64,000 nt of DNA, from positions 1,735-65,734 of the forward strand of contig JAEEYP010000048.1 of the NCBI GenBank assembly GCA_016288155.1, in the 5' to 3' direction. Positions 16,009-26,500 of the stretch are shown here, piece by piece; the first letter of the stretch is position 1, and every line of letters starts with the position of its first letter. The position numbers and the translations under genes were made by a program. The notes under the pieces were generated by a model. That model saw only the letters and a program-made list of their open reading frames with translations, ran no database searches and was not told where the DNA came from. This DNA is from Clostridiales bacterium. GTDB lineage: Bacteria > Bacillota > Clostridia > Oscillospirales > CAG-272.

Positions 16009-16203
16009 ATGGGTAAGATCAAAACGCACAAGGCGTCTGCCAAAAGATTTTCCGTCACCGGGACGGGCAAGGTGAAGATGTTCCATTCCGATCACCGCCA
16101 CAATCTCGGCAACAAGACCCAGAAGCGCAAAAGACATCTGCGCTCCAGCGATATCCTCGACTCTGCCATGACCGCGAACGTCAGAAAACTGATCTGCAAG
16201 TGA
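16009..16203 (+). CDS. rpmI: 50S ribosomal protein L35
   Basis: 64 aa, MGKIKTHKASAKRFSVTGTGKVKMF... Confidence 0.95.
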   Translation: MGKIKTHKASAKRFSVTGTGKVKMFHSDHRHNLGNKTQKRKRHLRSSDILDSAMTANVRKLICK

Positions 16204-16248
16204 TCGGCGGCCACCATTATTACGTAGGAACGGAAAGGATACAATACA

Positions 16249-16602
16249 ATGGCACGTATTAAAGGCGCGCTCATGACGCGCAAAAGAAGAAATAAGATGC
16301 TGAAGGCCGCCAAGGGCTACTGGGGCGCGAAATCGAAGCACTTCAAGATGGCGAAGCAGGCCGTCATGAAGAGCGGCAACTATGCGTATATCGGCAGAAA
16401 GCAGAAGAAGAGAGACTTCCGCCGTCTCTGGATCGCCCGCATCTCCGCGCAGTGCAAGGTGAACGGGATGAATTATTCCACCTTCATGCACGGTCTGAAG
16501 CAGGCCGGCATCGGTCTGAACCGTAAGATGCTTGCGGAGATCGCCGTTGCCGACAAGGCGGCGTTCGCGGATCTTGCCGAAAAGGCGAAAGCGGCGCTCT
16601 GA
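16249..16602 (+). CDS. rplT: 50S ribosomal protein L20
   Basis: 117 aa, [29 protein letters not shown]... Confidence 0.95.
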   Translation: MARIKGALMTRKRRNKMLKAAKGYWGAKSKHFKMAKQAVMKSGNYAYIGRKQKKRDFRRLWIARISAQCKVNGMNYSTFMHGLKQAGIGLNRKMLAEIAVADKAAFADLAEKAKAAL

Positions 16603-16607
16603 GACAT

Positions 16608-16633
16608 GAAAAACCCGGTTTATCCGGGTTTTT
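16608..16633 (+). terminator. Intrinsic terminator after rplT
   Basis: Hairpin AAAAACCCGG-uuua-UCCGGGUUUUU. Confidence 0.8.
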
Positions 16634-16655
16634 ATGATACAGGAGAGAGTATCGA

Positions 16656-17498
16656 ATGACAGCGAATATCGTCGAACGCTTCCCGCGCGCCGCGGTCGTT
16701 TCCTCCCGCGCCAATCCGCTCGTCGTATCGCTGTCCAAGCTCGGACAGGCGAAATACCGGCGGGAGAGCGGTCTCTTCCTGGCGGAGGGGAAAAAGCTCT
16801 CCGAGGAGGCGGCCGGACTGCCGGAGACGGAGTACGTGCTGCTCCGCGTCGAGGACGGGCGCGCCGAGGAGGAGCTTTGTGCGATCGCCGCCCGCTGCCC
16901 CCGGCAGGAGCGCGTGATCCTTCTGTCTTCCTCCGCGTTCGGGAAGATCTCGACGGAGGAGTCGCCGGAGGGGATCATCACCGTGCTCTCCCCGTTCTCC
17001 CGGCTGCACCGGGAGGCGGAGGACGCGCCGCCCGTCGGCGCGGGAGAGCGGATCCTCGCGCTCGATTCCGTGCGCGATCCGGGGAATCTCGGCACCGTGA
17101 TCCGCACCGCTGCCGCCTTCGGCTACGATCGGCTGCTCGCCGGCGGCTGCGCGGACATCTATCATCCGCGGACGGTGCGCGCCTCGATGGGCGCTCTCTT
17201 CCGGATGCGCATCGATCTGTGCGCCTCGCTGCCGGACGCGCTGCGCGCGCTGCGCGCGGGCGGACGCCGCGTCCTTGCCGCCGCGCTCTGCGAGGACGCG
17301 TTGACGCTCGGCGCGTACCCGCCCGAAGCGGCGGACTGCGTCGTGATCGGCAACGAAGGGCACGGCGTCGGCGACGCGGTGCTCGCGGCGTGCGACGCCG
17401 CCGTGCGCATCCCGATGGCGCCGGGGACCGAGTCCCTCAACGCCGCCGGCGCGGCGGCGGTCCTCATGTGGGAGTATTCCCGCCCGCATCTTCTCTGA
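16656..17498 (+). CDS. TrmH/SpoU-family RNA 2'-O-methyltransferase
   Basis: 280 aa with the SpoU motifs DSVRDPGNLGTVIRTAAAFG, GNEGHGV and ESLNAAGAAAVLMWE. Confidence 0.8.
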   Translation: MTANIVERFPRAAVVSSRANPLVVSLSKLGQAKYRRESGLFLAEGKKLSEEAAGLPETEYVLLRVEDGRAEEELCAIAARCPRQERVILLSSSAFGKISTEESPEGIITVLSPFSRLHREAEDAPPVGAGERILALDSVRDPGNLGTVIRTAAAFGYDRLLAGGCADIYHPRTVRASMGALFRMRIDLCASLPDALRALRAGGRRVLAAALCEDALTLGAYPPEAADCVVIGNEGHGVGDAVLAACDAAVRIPMAPGTESLNAAGAAAVLMWEYSRPHLL

Positions 17499-17541
17499 CG
17501 TATTCCCGTACAGAATCATCCATCCGAAAGGAGGGGCTCCG

Positions 17542-18900
17542 ATGGACGCACGCCTGAGCTGGATATGGCTTTCCCTCGCCTGCGGGGCGGGCAGTCGGCA
17601 GGCGGTCGAGCTGCTGTGCGCGTTTTCCTCTCCGGAAAAGATCTACCGTGCGGACCGCGCCGCGCTTTCCGCCGTTCTCGGCGAGCGCGGCGGCGCGTGT
17701 CTCAGACGGCTTGAGAACAAGGATCTCTCCGAGGCGTCGATGATCCTGCGCCGCTCGGACGACGCGGGCGTCACGATCCTCACGCCGGACGACGCGCGCT
17801 ATCCGAGGACGCTCTATTCGCTGCGCGACGCGCCGATCGTCCTTTACTGCGCCGGCAAGCTCCCGGAGCTCGATTCGTTCTGCTGCGCCGTCGTCGGCAC
17901 GCGCAAGATGTCGGAATACGGACGCCGCATGGCGTTCGATCTCGGGCGCGGGCTCGGCGCGGGCGGCGCCGTCCTTGTCAGCGGTCTCGCGCTCGGTGTG
18001 GACGGCATGGCGATGGCCGGTGCGCTCAGCGCCGGAGGCGTCACGGTCGGCGTCCTCGGCTGCGGCATCGACGTCGTCTATCCGCCGGAGCACGCGGATC
18101 TCATGCGCCGCGTCGCGCAGACGGGCGCCGTCGTCACGGAATATCCGCCCGGAACGCCGCCCGCCGCCGCGCACTTCCCGAAGCGCAACCGCATCATCAG
18201 CGGACTGTCGCAGGCCGTCGTCGTCGTGGAGGGCGACCGTCGGAGCGGCTCGCTCATCACCGCCCGCCACGCGCTCTATCAGGGACGGGATCTGTACGCC
18301 GTGCCCGGCCGCATCGGCGAGAGCGGCGCCGAAGGTCCGAACGCGCTCATCCAATCGGGCGCCCGCGCCGTGACCGGCGCGCTCGACGTGCTCGCACAGT
18401 ATGAATTTTTGTATCCACACGCGATCCGGATGCTCGCCGCCCGGGAGGAACTCTCGCGCAGCGTCTCGCCGGAGGCGGCGCAGGATGCCGCCGCGCGGAT
18501 GCGCGTCGCCGCGAAGGACGATCCCTCCCATTACGGCGCCGGTCTGTACGGCGGGAGATCCCTGCCCGGATCGGGACGCCGGAAGATCCCGCCGAAAAAG
18601 ATGGTGGAGCGCTTCCGGGAGAAGCAGCCGCCGGCAAAGGAAGACGGCATGATCGCCGCCGCTCCGACGGAATTCGATTCGCTCGGGGAGACGGAAAAGA
18701 AGGTATACGCAGCCATGAAGCCGGACGTTCCCGTGCTGGCGGACGATATCGCCGTCGCCGGACTCGGGATGCCGGAGATCCTGGCAGCCCTGACGATGCT
18801 GGAACTCGCCGGCGCCGTCGAGGTCGGCGCGGGCGGTTATTATCTCCGCCGCGGCGCCGAGGAATACGCCGACGATCCCGAGGGGGACGGCGGCAGATGA
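17542..18900 (+). CDS. dprA: DNA-processing protein DprA/Smf
   Basis: Rossmann core VVGTRKMSEYGRRMAFDLG..LVSGLALGVDGMAMAGAL..FPKRNRIISGLS..VVEGDRRSGSLITA. It lies upstream of topA, as in Bacillus. Confidence 0.85.
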   Translation: MDARLSWIWLSLACGAGSRQAVELLCAFSSPEKIYRADRAALSAVLGERGGACLRRLENKDLSEASMILRRSDDAGVTILTPDDARYPRTLYSLRDAPIVLYCAGKLPELDSFCCAVVGTRKMSEYGRRMAFDLGRGLGAGGAVLVSGLALGVDGMAMAGALSAGGVTVGVLGCGIDVVYPPEHADLMRRVAQTGAVVTEYPPGTPPAAAHFPKRNRIISGLSQAVVVVEGDRRSGSLITARHALYQGRDLYAVPGRIGESGAEGPNALIQSGARAVTGALDVLAQYEFLYPHAIRMLAAREELSRSVSPEAAQDAAARMRVAAKDDPSHYGAGLYGGRSLPGSGRRKIPPKKMVERFREKQPPAKEDGMIAAAPTEFDSLGETEKKVYAAMKPDVPVLADDIAVAGLGMPEILAALTMLELAGAVEVGAGGYYLRRGAEEYADDPEGDGGR

Positions 18901-18955
18901 CCGAAGCCGCATCAGTAAACGATAAGGAGGATGTCTGTCACAGGACAACCGAGAC

Positions 18956-21232
18956 ATGGCCAATCTTGTAATCATTGAGTCGCCCGGAAAGGTCTCCACC
19001 ATCCGGAACTGCCTGGGGAACGGGTATAAAGTCATGGCGTCGGTCGGGCACGTGCGCGACCTGCCGAAATCCTCGCTCGGTATCGACATCGAGGATCATT
19101 TTCAAGCGCATTATATCAATATCCGCGGCAAGGGAGAGCTGATCCGCGAGCTGAAGAAAGAGGCGAAGAACGCCTCCACCGTCTTCCTCGCCACCGACCC
19201 CGACCGCGAAGGCGAGGCGATCTCCTGGCATCTGGCGAACGCGCTGGAGCTTCCGCCGGCGAAGATCCGCCGCGTCACGTTCAACGAGATCACGAAGACC
19301 GCCGTGCGCGCCGGGATCAAGAAGCCGCGCGACATCGACATGGATCTGGTCAATTCCCAGCAGGCGCGCCGGATCCTCGACCGCATCGTCGGCTACAAGC
19401 TCAGCCCGTTCCTCTGGAAGAACGTCAAGAGCGGGCTGTCCGCCGGGCGCGTGCAGTCCGTGGCGACGCGCATCATCGTCGACCGCGAGAACGAGATCCG
19501 CGCCTTCGTCCCGAAGGAGTACTGGACGGCGGACGCGGTGCTCGTCACCGCGCAGGGCAAGACGTTCGTCGCGCACTATTACGGCGACGCCGCCACCGGC
19601 GAGAAGCGGGAGCTTCTCTGCGAGGCGGACGCGCTCGCCGTCCGCGACGCCGCCGTACGGGGTCCGTTCCTCGTGACGGAACTGAAGAAGGGGACGAAAT
19701 TCCGCGCCCCCGCCGCGCCGTTCACGACCTCCACCATGCAGCAGGAGGCGTCCCGCAAGCTGAACTTCCACTCCCAGCGCACGATGAAGGTGGCGCAGGA
19801 GCTGTACGAGGGCGTCAACCTCGGCGGAGAGAACGGCGGCGTGCAGGGTCTTATCACCTATATGCGCACGGACTCTCTGCGCGTTTCCGCCGAGGCGCAG
19901 GAAGCCGCCCGCGCCTATATCACCGCGACGTACGGGGAGAAATACTGCCCCGCCGCGCCGCGCGTCTATAAGACGAAGGCGACGGCGCAGGACGCGCACG
20001 AGGCCGTCCGTCCGACGAACGTCGCACTGACGCCCGCCGTCGTCCGCCCCCGCGTCACGAGCGATCAGTACCGACTCTACAAACTGATCTGGGAGCGGTT
20101 CATCGCCAGCCAGATGGAGAGTGCGGAGCTCGCCACCGTCAACGCGGAGATGAACGCCTCCGGCTGCCTGTACCGCGCCTCCGGGACGTCGGTGCGCTTT
20201 CCCGGCTTCCTCGCCGTCTATGAGGAATCGACGGACGAGGCGGCGCAGGAGGCCGAGGAGAATCTCCCCGCCTTCGAGGAGGGGGACCGGCTCCGCTGCG
20301 AGAGCGTCACGCCGCTCCAGCATTTCACCGAGCCGCCCGCCCGCTACACCGAGGCGTCTCTCGTCCGCTTCCTCGAGGAGCGCGGGATCGGCCGTCCTTC
20401 CACCTTCGCGCCGATCGTGACGCTCATCATCTCCCGCGGGTACGTCGCCCGTTCGGGAAAGTCGCTCGTGCCGACGCCGCTCGGCGAGGTCACGACGAAG
20501 CTGATGATCGAGTCCTTCCCGGATATCGTCGATTACACGTTCACCGCGCAGATGGAGGACAAGCTCGACGGCATCGCGAGCGGCGGCGATACGGTGGAGG
20601 GGGTCCTGACCGATTTCTGGAAGGATTTTTCCGAGGAGCTGAACCGCGCGGACAGCGAGATCTCCCGCGAGAACATCGAGGTGCCCGTCGAGGAGACGGA
20701 CATGATCTGCGAGCTGTGCGGCGCGCGGATGATCGTCAAGAACGGGCGCTACGGGAAATTCGCCGCCTGCCCGAATTATCCGACGTGCAAAAACACGAAG
20801 CCGCTGACCGAGCCGAAAGAAAACGAGCCGCCGAAGGAAGTCCAGTACGCGCCGTTCCGCTGCGAGCAGTGCGGCTCCGCGATGGTGCTCCGTTCCGGCC
20901 GCTACGGCGATTTCTACGCCTGCGTCCGCTATCCGGAATGCCGCTATACGCGCCAGAAGGTGTATACGACCGGCGTCCGCTGCCCGAAGTGCGGCGCGGA
21001 CATCGTCACCAAGCACGGCAAGAACCGCACGATCTTCTACAGCTGCTCCCGCTATCCGGAGTGCGATTTCTCCTCGTGGGACATGCCGCTTGAGGAAAAA
21101 TGCCCGCAGTGCGGCGGGATCCTGTACCGCAAGAAAGGGAAGAATTACCTGTTCTGCAAGACGGAGGGCTGCGGCTACCGCCGGCACGTCAAGCCGGAGG
21201 AGGAGAGCCGCGGGACCGATACGGAGGAATAA
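18956..21232 (+). CDS. topA: DNA topoisomerase I with four C-terminal zinc-ribbon motifs
   Basis: 758 aa. It has the TOPRIM N-terminus MANLVIIESPGK and the active-site region GLITYMRTDS, plus four Cys4 zinc-ribbon motifs (a CxxC pair followed by a second Cys pair) in the C-terminal region. Confidence 0.95.
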   Translation: MANLVIIESPGKVSTIRNCLGNGYKVMASVGHVRDLPKSSLGIDIEDHFQAHYINIRGKGELIRELKKEAKNASTVFLATDPDREGEAISWHLANALELPPAKIRRVTFNEITKTAVRAGIKKPRDIDMDLVNSQQARRILDRIVGYKLSPFLWKNVKSGLSAGRVQSVATRIIVDRENEIRAFVPKEYWTADAVLVTAQGKTFVAHYYGDAATGEKRELLCEADALAVRDAAVRGPFLVTELKKGTKFRAPAAPFTTSTMQQEASRKLNFHSQRTMKVAQELYEGVNLGGENGGVQGLITYMRTDSLRVSAEAQEAARAYITATYGEKYCPAAPRVYKTKATAQDAHEAVRPTNVALTPAVVRPRVTSDQYRLYKLIWERFIASQMESAELATVNAEMNASGCLYRASGTSVRFPGFLAVYEESTDEAAQEAEENLPAFEEGDRLRCESVTPLQHFTEPPARYTEASLVRFLEERGIGRPSTFAPIVTLIISRGYVARSGKSLVPTPLGEVTTKLMIESFPDIVDYTFTAQMEDKLDGIASGGDTVEGVLTDFWKDFSEELNRADSEISRENIEVPVEETDMICELCGARMIVKNGRYGKFAACPNYPTCKNTKPLTEPKENEPPKEVQYAPFRCEQCGSAMVLRSGRYGDFYACVRYPECRYTRQKVYTTGVRCPKCGADIVTKHGKNRTIFYSCSRYPECDFSSWDMPLEEKCPQCGGILYRKKGKNYLFCKTEGCGYRRHVKPEEESRGTDTEE

Positions 21233-22546
21233 ATGGAGCCCGTCTGTGTGATCGGCGCCGGACTGGCAGGCGCGGAGGCGGCGTGGCAGCTTGCCCGCCG
21301 CGGCGTGCCCGTGCGGCTCGTCGAGATGAAGCCGGCAAAGAAGACGCCCGCCCACAAGAGCGACTTGTTCGGCGAGCTCGTCTGCTCCAATTCCCTGCGC
21401 AATGCAGAGATCACCTCGGCGGCGGGGCTCCTCAAGGAGGAGCTGCGCCGCCTCGGTTCGCTCGTCATGGAGGCGGCGGACGACTCCCGCGTCGCCGCGG
21501 GCGGCGCGCTCGCCGTGGATCGCGTGCGCTTCGCGTCGCATATCACCGACGCGCTCCGCGCCCATCCGCTTATCGATATCGTCGAGGAGGAAGCGACACG
21601 GATCCCCGACGGGATCGCCGTCATCGCGACGGGACCGCTGACCTCCGACGCGCTGGCACAGCGGATCGCCGAGTTGACCGGGCGGGACGGACTGAGCTTT
21701 TTCGACGCCGCGGCGCCGATCGTCGACGGTGCGTCGATCAATATGGAGAAGGCGTTTTACGCCTCCCGCTACGGGAAAGGGGACGCCGATTATATCAACT
21801 GCCCCATGAACGAGGCGGAGTATGACGCCTTCTGGGAGGCGCTCGTCTCCGCCGAGGAGGCGCCGCTGCACGATTTCGACCGCGCGGCGCCGCTGACCGT
21901 CTTCGAGGGCTGTATGCCCGTCGAGGTCATGGCGAAGCGCGGCAGGGATACGCTCCGCTTCGGTCCGCTCAAGCCGGTCGGGATCCGCCATCCGGTCACG
22001 GGAGAGAGGTATTACGCCGTCGTGCAGATGCGGCGGGAGGACGAAGCGGGGAGCATGTTCAACCTCGTCGGCTTCCAGACGCATCTGACCTTCCCGGAGC
22101 AGCGGCGCGTGTTCGGCATGATCCCGGGACTGGAGAACGCGCTGTTCCTCCGCTACGGCGTCATGCACCGCAATACGTTCCTCGATTCCCCGCACCTGCT
22201 CGAGCCGGATTATTCGCTGCGCACGCGCCCGACGCTCTTTTTCGCCGGGCAGATGACGGGCGTGGAGGGCTACATCGAGTCCGCCGCTTCCGGCTGTGCC
22301 GCGGGCATTTCCGCCGCCTGCCGCGCGCGCGGCGCGACGCCGCCCGTCTTTCCGCGGGAGACGATGATCGGCGCGATGGCGCACTACGTCAGCCGCGGCG
22401 GCACCGGCGATTTTCAGCCGATGAACGCGAATTTCGGCATCATCCCGCCGCTGCCCGAGCGGCTGCGCGGCGGCCGCCGCGTCCGCTACGAGGCGTACGC
22501 CGCCCGCGCGCTCGATGCGCTCGCCACGTGGGATCCGATGCTTTGA
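21233..22546 (+). CDS. trmFO: Methylenetetrahydrofolate--tRNA-(uracil-5)-methyltransferase TrmFO
   Basis: 437 aa, VIGAGLAGAEAAWQLARRG..ELVCSNSLR. The ATG directly abuts the topA stop. Confidence 0.9.
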   Translation: MEPVCVIGAGLAGAEAAWQLARRGVPVRLVEMKPAKKTPAHKSDLFGELVCSNSLRNAEITSAAGLLKEELRRLGSLVMEAADDSRVAAGGALAVDRVRFASHITDALRAHPLIDIVEEEATRIPDGIAVIATGPLTSDALAQRIAELTGRDGLSFFDAAAPIVDGASINMEKAFYASRYGKGDADYINCPMNEAEYDAFWEALVSAEEAPLHDFDRAAPLTVFEGCMPVEVMAKRGRDTLRFGPLKPVGIRHPVTGERYYAVVQMRREDEAGSMFNLVGFQTHLTFPEQRRVFGMIPGLENALFLRYGVMHRNTFLDSPHLLEPDYSLRTRPTLFFAGQMTGVEGYIESAASGCAAGISAACRARGATPPVFPRETMIGAMAHYVSRGGTGDFQPMNANFGIIPPLPERLRGGRRVRYEAYAARALDALATWDPML

Positions 22547-22594
22547 TCCGTTCCCGGAACAAAAGACATACCATACCGCAGAAAGGTCTTTTTC

Positions 22595-23332
22595 ATGAAA
22601 CGTGAGGAAAACGTCCGATATCCGCTGCCGCAGCATATGCTTGAGGAACGCATGGGATACGCTTTCCGGGATCCGTCGCTCCTTGAGCTGGCGCTCCGGC
22701 ATTCCTCCTTCGCCAACGAGATGAAGACGAAGGGCGGACACACGGAGTGCAACGAGCGGCTCGAATTTCTCGGAGATTCCGTGCTCTCGCTGATCGTCAG
22801 CCGCTATCTGTATTTCCGCTACGACTCGAATCCCGAGGGGGATCTGACCACGATCCGCGCGGCGGTCGTCTGCGAGCGGGCGCTCGCCAAGTTCGCCGCT
22901 TCCATCGGGCTCGGCGATTTCCTGTATCTCGGACGCGGCGAGGAGAACAACCGCGGGCGGGAGCGCCCCTCCATCACCTCGGACGCCTTCGAGGCGGTAC
23001 TCGCCGCCATGTATATCGATTCCGGCGATCTCGACACGGTCGCGCGCTTTCTTCTGCCGCTCGTGTCCGCGGAGATCGACAGCATCCGCGAGACGTCTTC
23101 GTTCATCGACTACAAGACGGAGCTCCAGCAGTTCGTCCAGCAGGCGGGCGGTGAGAAGCACGAATACGTCCTCGTCGGCGAGGAGGGACCGGATCACTGC
23201 AAGACCTTTCACGTGGAGGTGCGGCTGAACAGCAACGTGATCGGCCGCGGCGCCGCGCATTCCAAGCGGGAGGCGGAACAGCTTGCCGCCCGCGAGGCGC
23301 TCTCGCTCTTCGGTGTGGAAACGGACAAATGA
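22595..23332 (+). CDS. rnc: Ribonuclease III
   Basis: 245 aa with the signature ERLEFLGDSVL and a C-terminal dsRBD. Confidence 0.9.
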   Translation: MKREENVRYPLPQHMLEERMGYAFRDPSLLELALRHSSFANEMKTKGGHTECNERLEFLGDSVLSLIVSRYLYFRYDSNPEGDLTTIRAAVVCERALAKFAASIGLGDFLYLGRGEENNRGRERPSITSDAFEAVLAAMYIDSGDLDTVARFLLPLVSAEIDSIRETSSFIDYKTELQQFVQQAGGEKHEYVLVGEEGPDHCKTFHVEVRLNSNVIGRGAAHSKREAEQLAAREALSLFGVETDK

Positions 23333-23338
23333 AACGGC

Positions 23339-23376
23339 GGGATCCGGGGCCGCGTGCCCCGGATCCCTTTCGTTTT
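23339..23376 (+). terminator. Intrinsic terminator after rnc
   Basis: Hairpin GGGAUCCGGGG-ccgcgug-CCCCGGAUCCC followed by UUUCGUUUU. Confidence 0.7.
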
Positions 23377-23440
23377 CCGGCACGGCGCGGACATACGGAT
23401 CTTCCGGCGGGAAAACGGACGGCAAAATCAGGAAAAGCCA

Positions 23441-23469
23441 TTGAAAAGAAGCTCGATTTCGGGTATAAT
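23441..23469 (+). promoter_or_regulatory. Promoter of smc-ftsY
   Basis: TTGAAA, a 17-nt spacer, then TATAAT. Confidence 0.65.
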
Positions 23470-23549
23470 ATATACGACTGTGCGTCGGCGGGCGCCCGGC
23501 GGATGCCGGCGTACCCGCGATACGGCACGGGAGGACGGAGGGTTTCCTT

Positions 23550-26500
23550 TTGCGACTGAAAAGCCTTGAGCTGCACGGCTTCAAATCCTTTCCCGACAAG
23601 ACGGTGATCCGCTTCGACGAAGGCGCGACCGTCATCGTGGGACCGAACGGCAGCGGAAAATCGAATATCACCGACGCCATGCGCTGGGTATTGGGGGAAT
23701 TGTCCTCCAAGAATATCCGCGGCAGCCGGATGGAGGACGTCATTTTCGTCGGCGCGGACGGCTTCCGCCCGATGGGGTTCGCGGAGGTCTCCGTCACCTT
23801 TGACAATACGGATCCGGATTCCCGCATCGACAGCCCGTACGACGAGATCACCGTCACCCGCCGCTACTACCGCGCGGGGGAGAGCGAGTATTTCATCAAC
23901 CGCAAGCCGGTGCGCCTGCGCGACATCAACGAGCTCTTCATGAATACCGGCATCGGCCGCGACGGCTACTCCATCATCGGGCAGGGCAAGATCGCGGAGA
24001 TCGTCTCGAAAAAGAGCGAGGAACGCCGCGGCGTTTTCGACGAGACGGCAGGCATCGCCAAATACCGCTTCAAAAAGCAGGAAACGCAGAAAAAACTCGA
24101 TGAGACGGAGGCGAACATGCTCCGCGTCTCCGATATCCTGAGCGAGCTGGAGGGCCGCGTCGGACCGCTCGAACGGCAGGCGAAGAAGGCACGGGAATAT
24201 CTGGAGCTCTTCTCGCAGAAGAAGGAACTGGACGTCGCTCTGTGGCTGTACGATATGGAGCGGCAGCGCCGCGCCGAGGAGAAGACGCGTTCCGACTGCG
24301 TACTTTCGAGCCACGAACTGGAGATGGCGCAGGATACGGAGAACCAGCTGCAGGCGCAGAGCGAACGGATCTTCAACGCCTCGCAGGAGAGCAAGGTCGA
24401 GGCGGCGCGTCTCTATGAGGAGATCCGCTCCCTGAGCGACCGCAGCCACGAGACGGAGAACGAACGCAAGCTCCTCGAAAACGATCTGGCGCACGCGGCG
24501 GCGGAAGCGGAGACCGCCTCGTCGGAGAGCGCGAACCGCGAGGAGGAGCGCGCCGCCGCCGAGGAGAAACTGACCGCGGCGCACGCGGCGCTCGACGGGA
24601 TCACAAACGAGCTGAAGAAGGCGGAGGAAGAGACCGAAGCGCTCCGCGGGACGCGCGAGACCGTGCTCGAAGCATGCAGCCGCAAGGAAACGCAGCTCGA
24701 GGCGAAACTCGACGAGCAGAAAAAGCACGAGGACGCGATGCTCGACCTCCGCGTCCGGCTGAACGTGCTGAAAAATACGCTGAGCAGCCAGAGCGAACGC
24801 TCCGGCGGCATCGGCGCCGATATCGACAAATACGAAAAAGAGCGCCGGGAGCTGCAAAAGCAGCTGGACGATCTGGAAGAATCCATCCGGCGCTACGACG
24901 GGGAGATCGCGCGGGAGACGGAGACGGCGGCGCGCGCGTCCGCTTCGCTCGACGCACTGCGCGAAAAGGAAAGCGCGCTGAGCGAGGAGATCAACGGCGC
25001 TGCGGCGGCGTCCCAGGCGCTCGATTCCCGCATCGCCGCGCTGAAGAGCATGGTCGAGCATTTCGAGGGCTACAACGCCAGCGTCCGCTTCATTATGAAC
25101 GAGGCGTCCGCCGGCAGGATCCGCGGCGTCCGCGGACCGGTATCCCATCAGATCGCCGTGCGGGAGGAATACACCGTCGCGGTCGAGACCGCGCTCGGTC
25201 CCGCGCTCCAGAACATGGTCGTGGAGGACGAGGCGGCGGCGAAGAACGCGATCTACGCCCTCAAGCGCGCCGACGCCGGGCGGGCCACCTTCTATCCGCT
25301 GACCTCCGTCAAGGCCGCCGCGCGCGGCCGCGACGTCGAGGACGCCGCCGCGTTCACGGGATTCGTGGGATTTGCGGACGCGCTCGTTTCCGCCGACGCG
25401 GAGTACGCGGGCGTGATCGGCTTTCTGCTCGGACGGATCGCCGTGTTCGATACGCTCGATCACGCGTCGGCGATGGCGCGCGCCAAGGGCTGGCGCGTCC
25501 GCGCCGTGACGCTCGACGGGCAGCAGATCAACGTCGGCGGTTCCTTCACGGGCGGCTCCGTCCGCCGCGACAGCGGGATCCTGACGCGCGCGTCCCAGAT
25601 CGAGCAGTTGTCCGCCGAAGCGGCGGAGACGGAAAAGAAGAAAACGGAAGCGACCGAGGCGCGCCGCGCGCTGCGGGAGGAGATCGACCGCACCGCCGCC
25701 GCCCGTGCCGACGCGCAGGAGCGCGCGCAGCTGATGGATACGCTGCGCCGGGCGGACAAGACGCAGTGCGAGGAGCTTTCCGCGCGGGACGGCGTGATCG
25801 AAAATCTGATCGGGCAGCTGAGCGCCGACCGGGACAAGCTCCGCGAGATCGGCGAACGCGGCGACGCGGACATCCGGGAACTGGAAGAAGCGTGCGCCGC
25901 CGAGCAGCGGGAGATCGACCGCATCGCCGCCGAGCGCGCCGCCATGGACGTCGAACGCGGCGCCGGCGAGGAGGAAGCGGCGGCGCTCGCCGACGCCCTG
26001 ACCGAAGGACAGGTACATATCGCCGAGATCCGCAAGGAACTGGAGCTCCGCAGGGGAACGATCACCGAAACGGAGGAGGAGATTTGCCGCCTCAAAGAGG
26101 CCGCTTCCGCGTGCCTTGCGCGCCGGGAGGAGCTTTTGCGCTCCATGGAGGAGATGCGCGAAAAGATCGGCGGCATGGAGCGCGCCGGCGGCGAGATGTC
26201 GGCGCAGCTCAAGACGCTGGAGTCCGAAAGGGAACGCGCCGAGAGCGGCAGCATGGAAAACGAAAAGCGCCTGAACGAGCTTCGCCTCCGCTTGAAGGAT
26301 ATCTCGGCGAAGAAAGAACTCCTCGTCGCGGCGCATTCCAAAAACGAGAACCGTTTGCAGCAGATCGTGACCGACGTCGAGAAAATGACGCAGCGGCTGT
26401 GGGACGAGTACGAGCTGACGCCGACGACCGCCGCGGGACTCGGCTATCCGCCGGTGGAGGACGATACGCGCGCCGCCGTGAACGCGCGCCTCACGGAGCT

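Noticed and set aside
18938-23857. 1639-aa ORF on the minus strand opposite topA, trmFO and rnc. There are similar giant antisense ORFs at 23103..27563, 12873..15254, 3540..5813, 32056..34494, 48759..51140, 29723..31528, 37903..40107, 42201..43964 and 58654..60240.
   Set aside because: These are shadow ORFs typical of GC-rich DNA, where stop codons are rare in the antisense frames. Their translations are Arg/Ala/Gly/Pro-rich low-complexity sequence with no motifs. The opposite strand encodes unmistakable conserved proteins.
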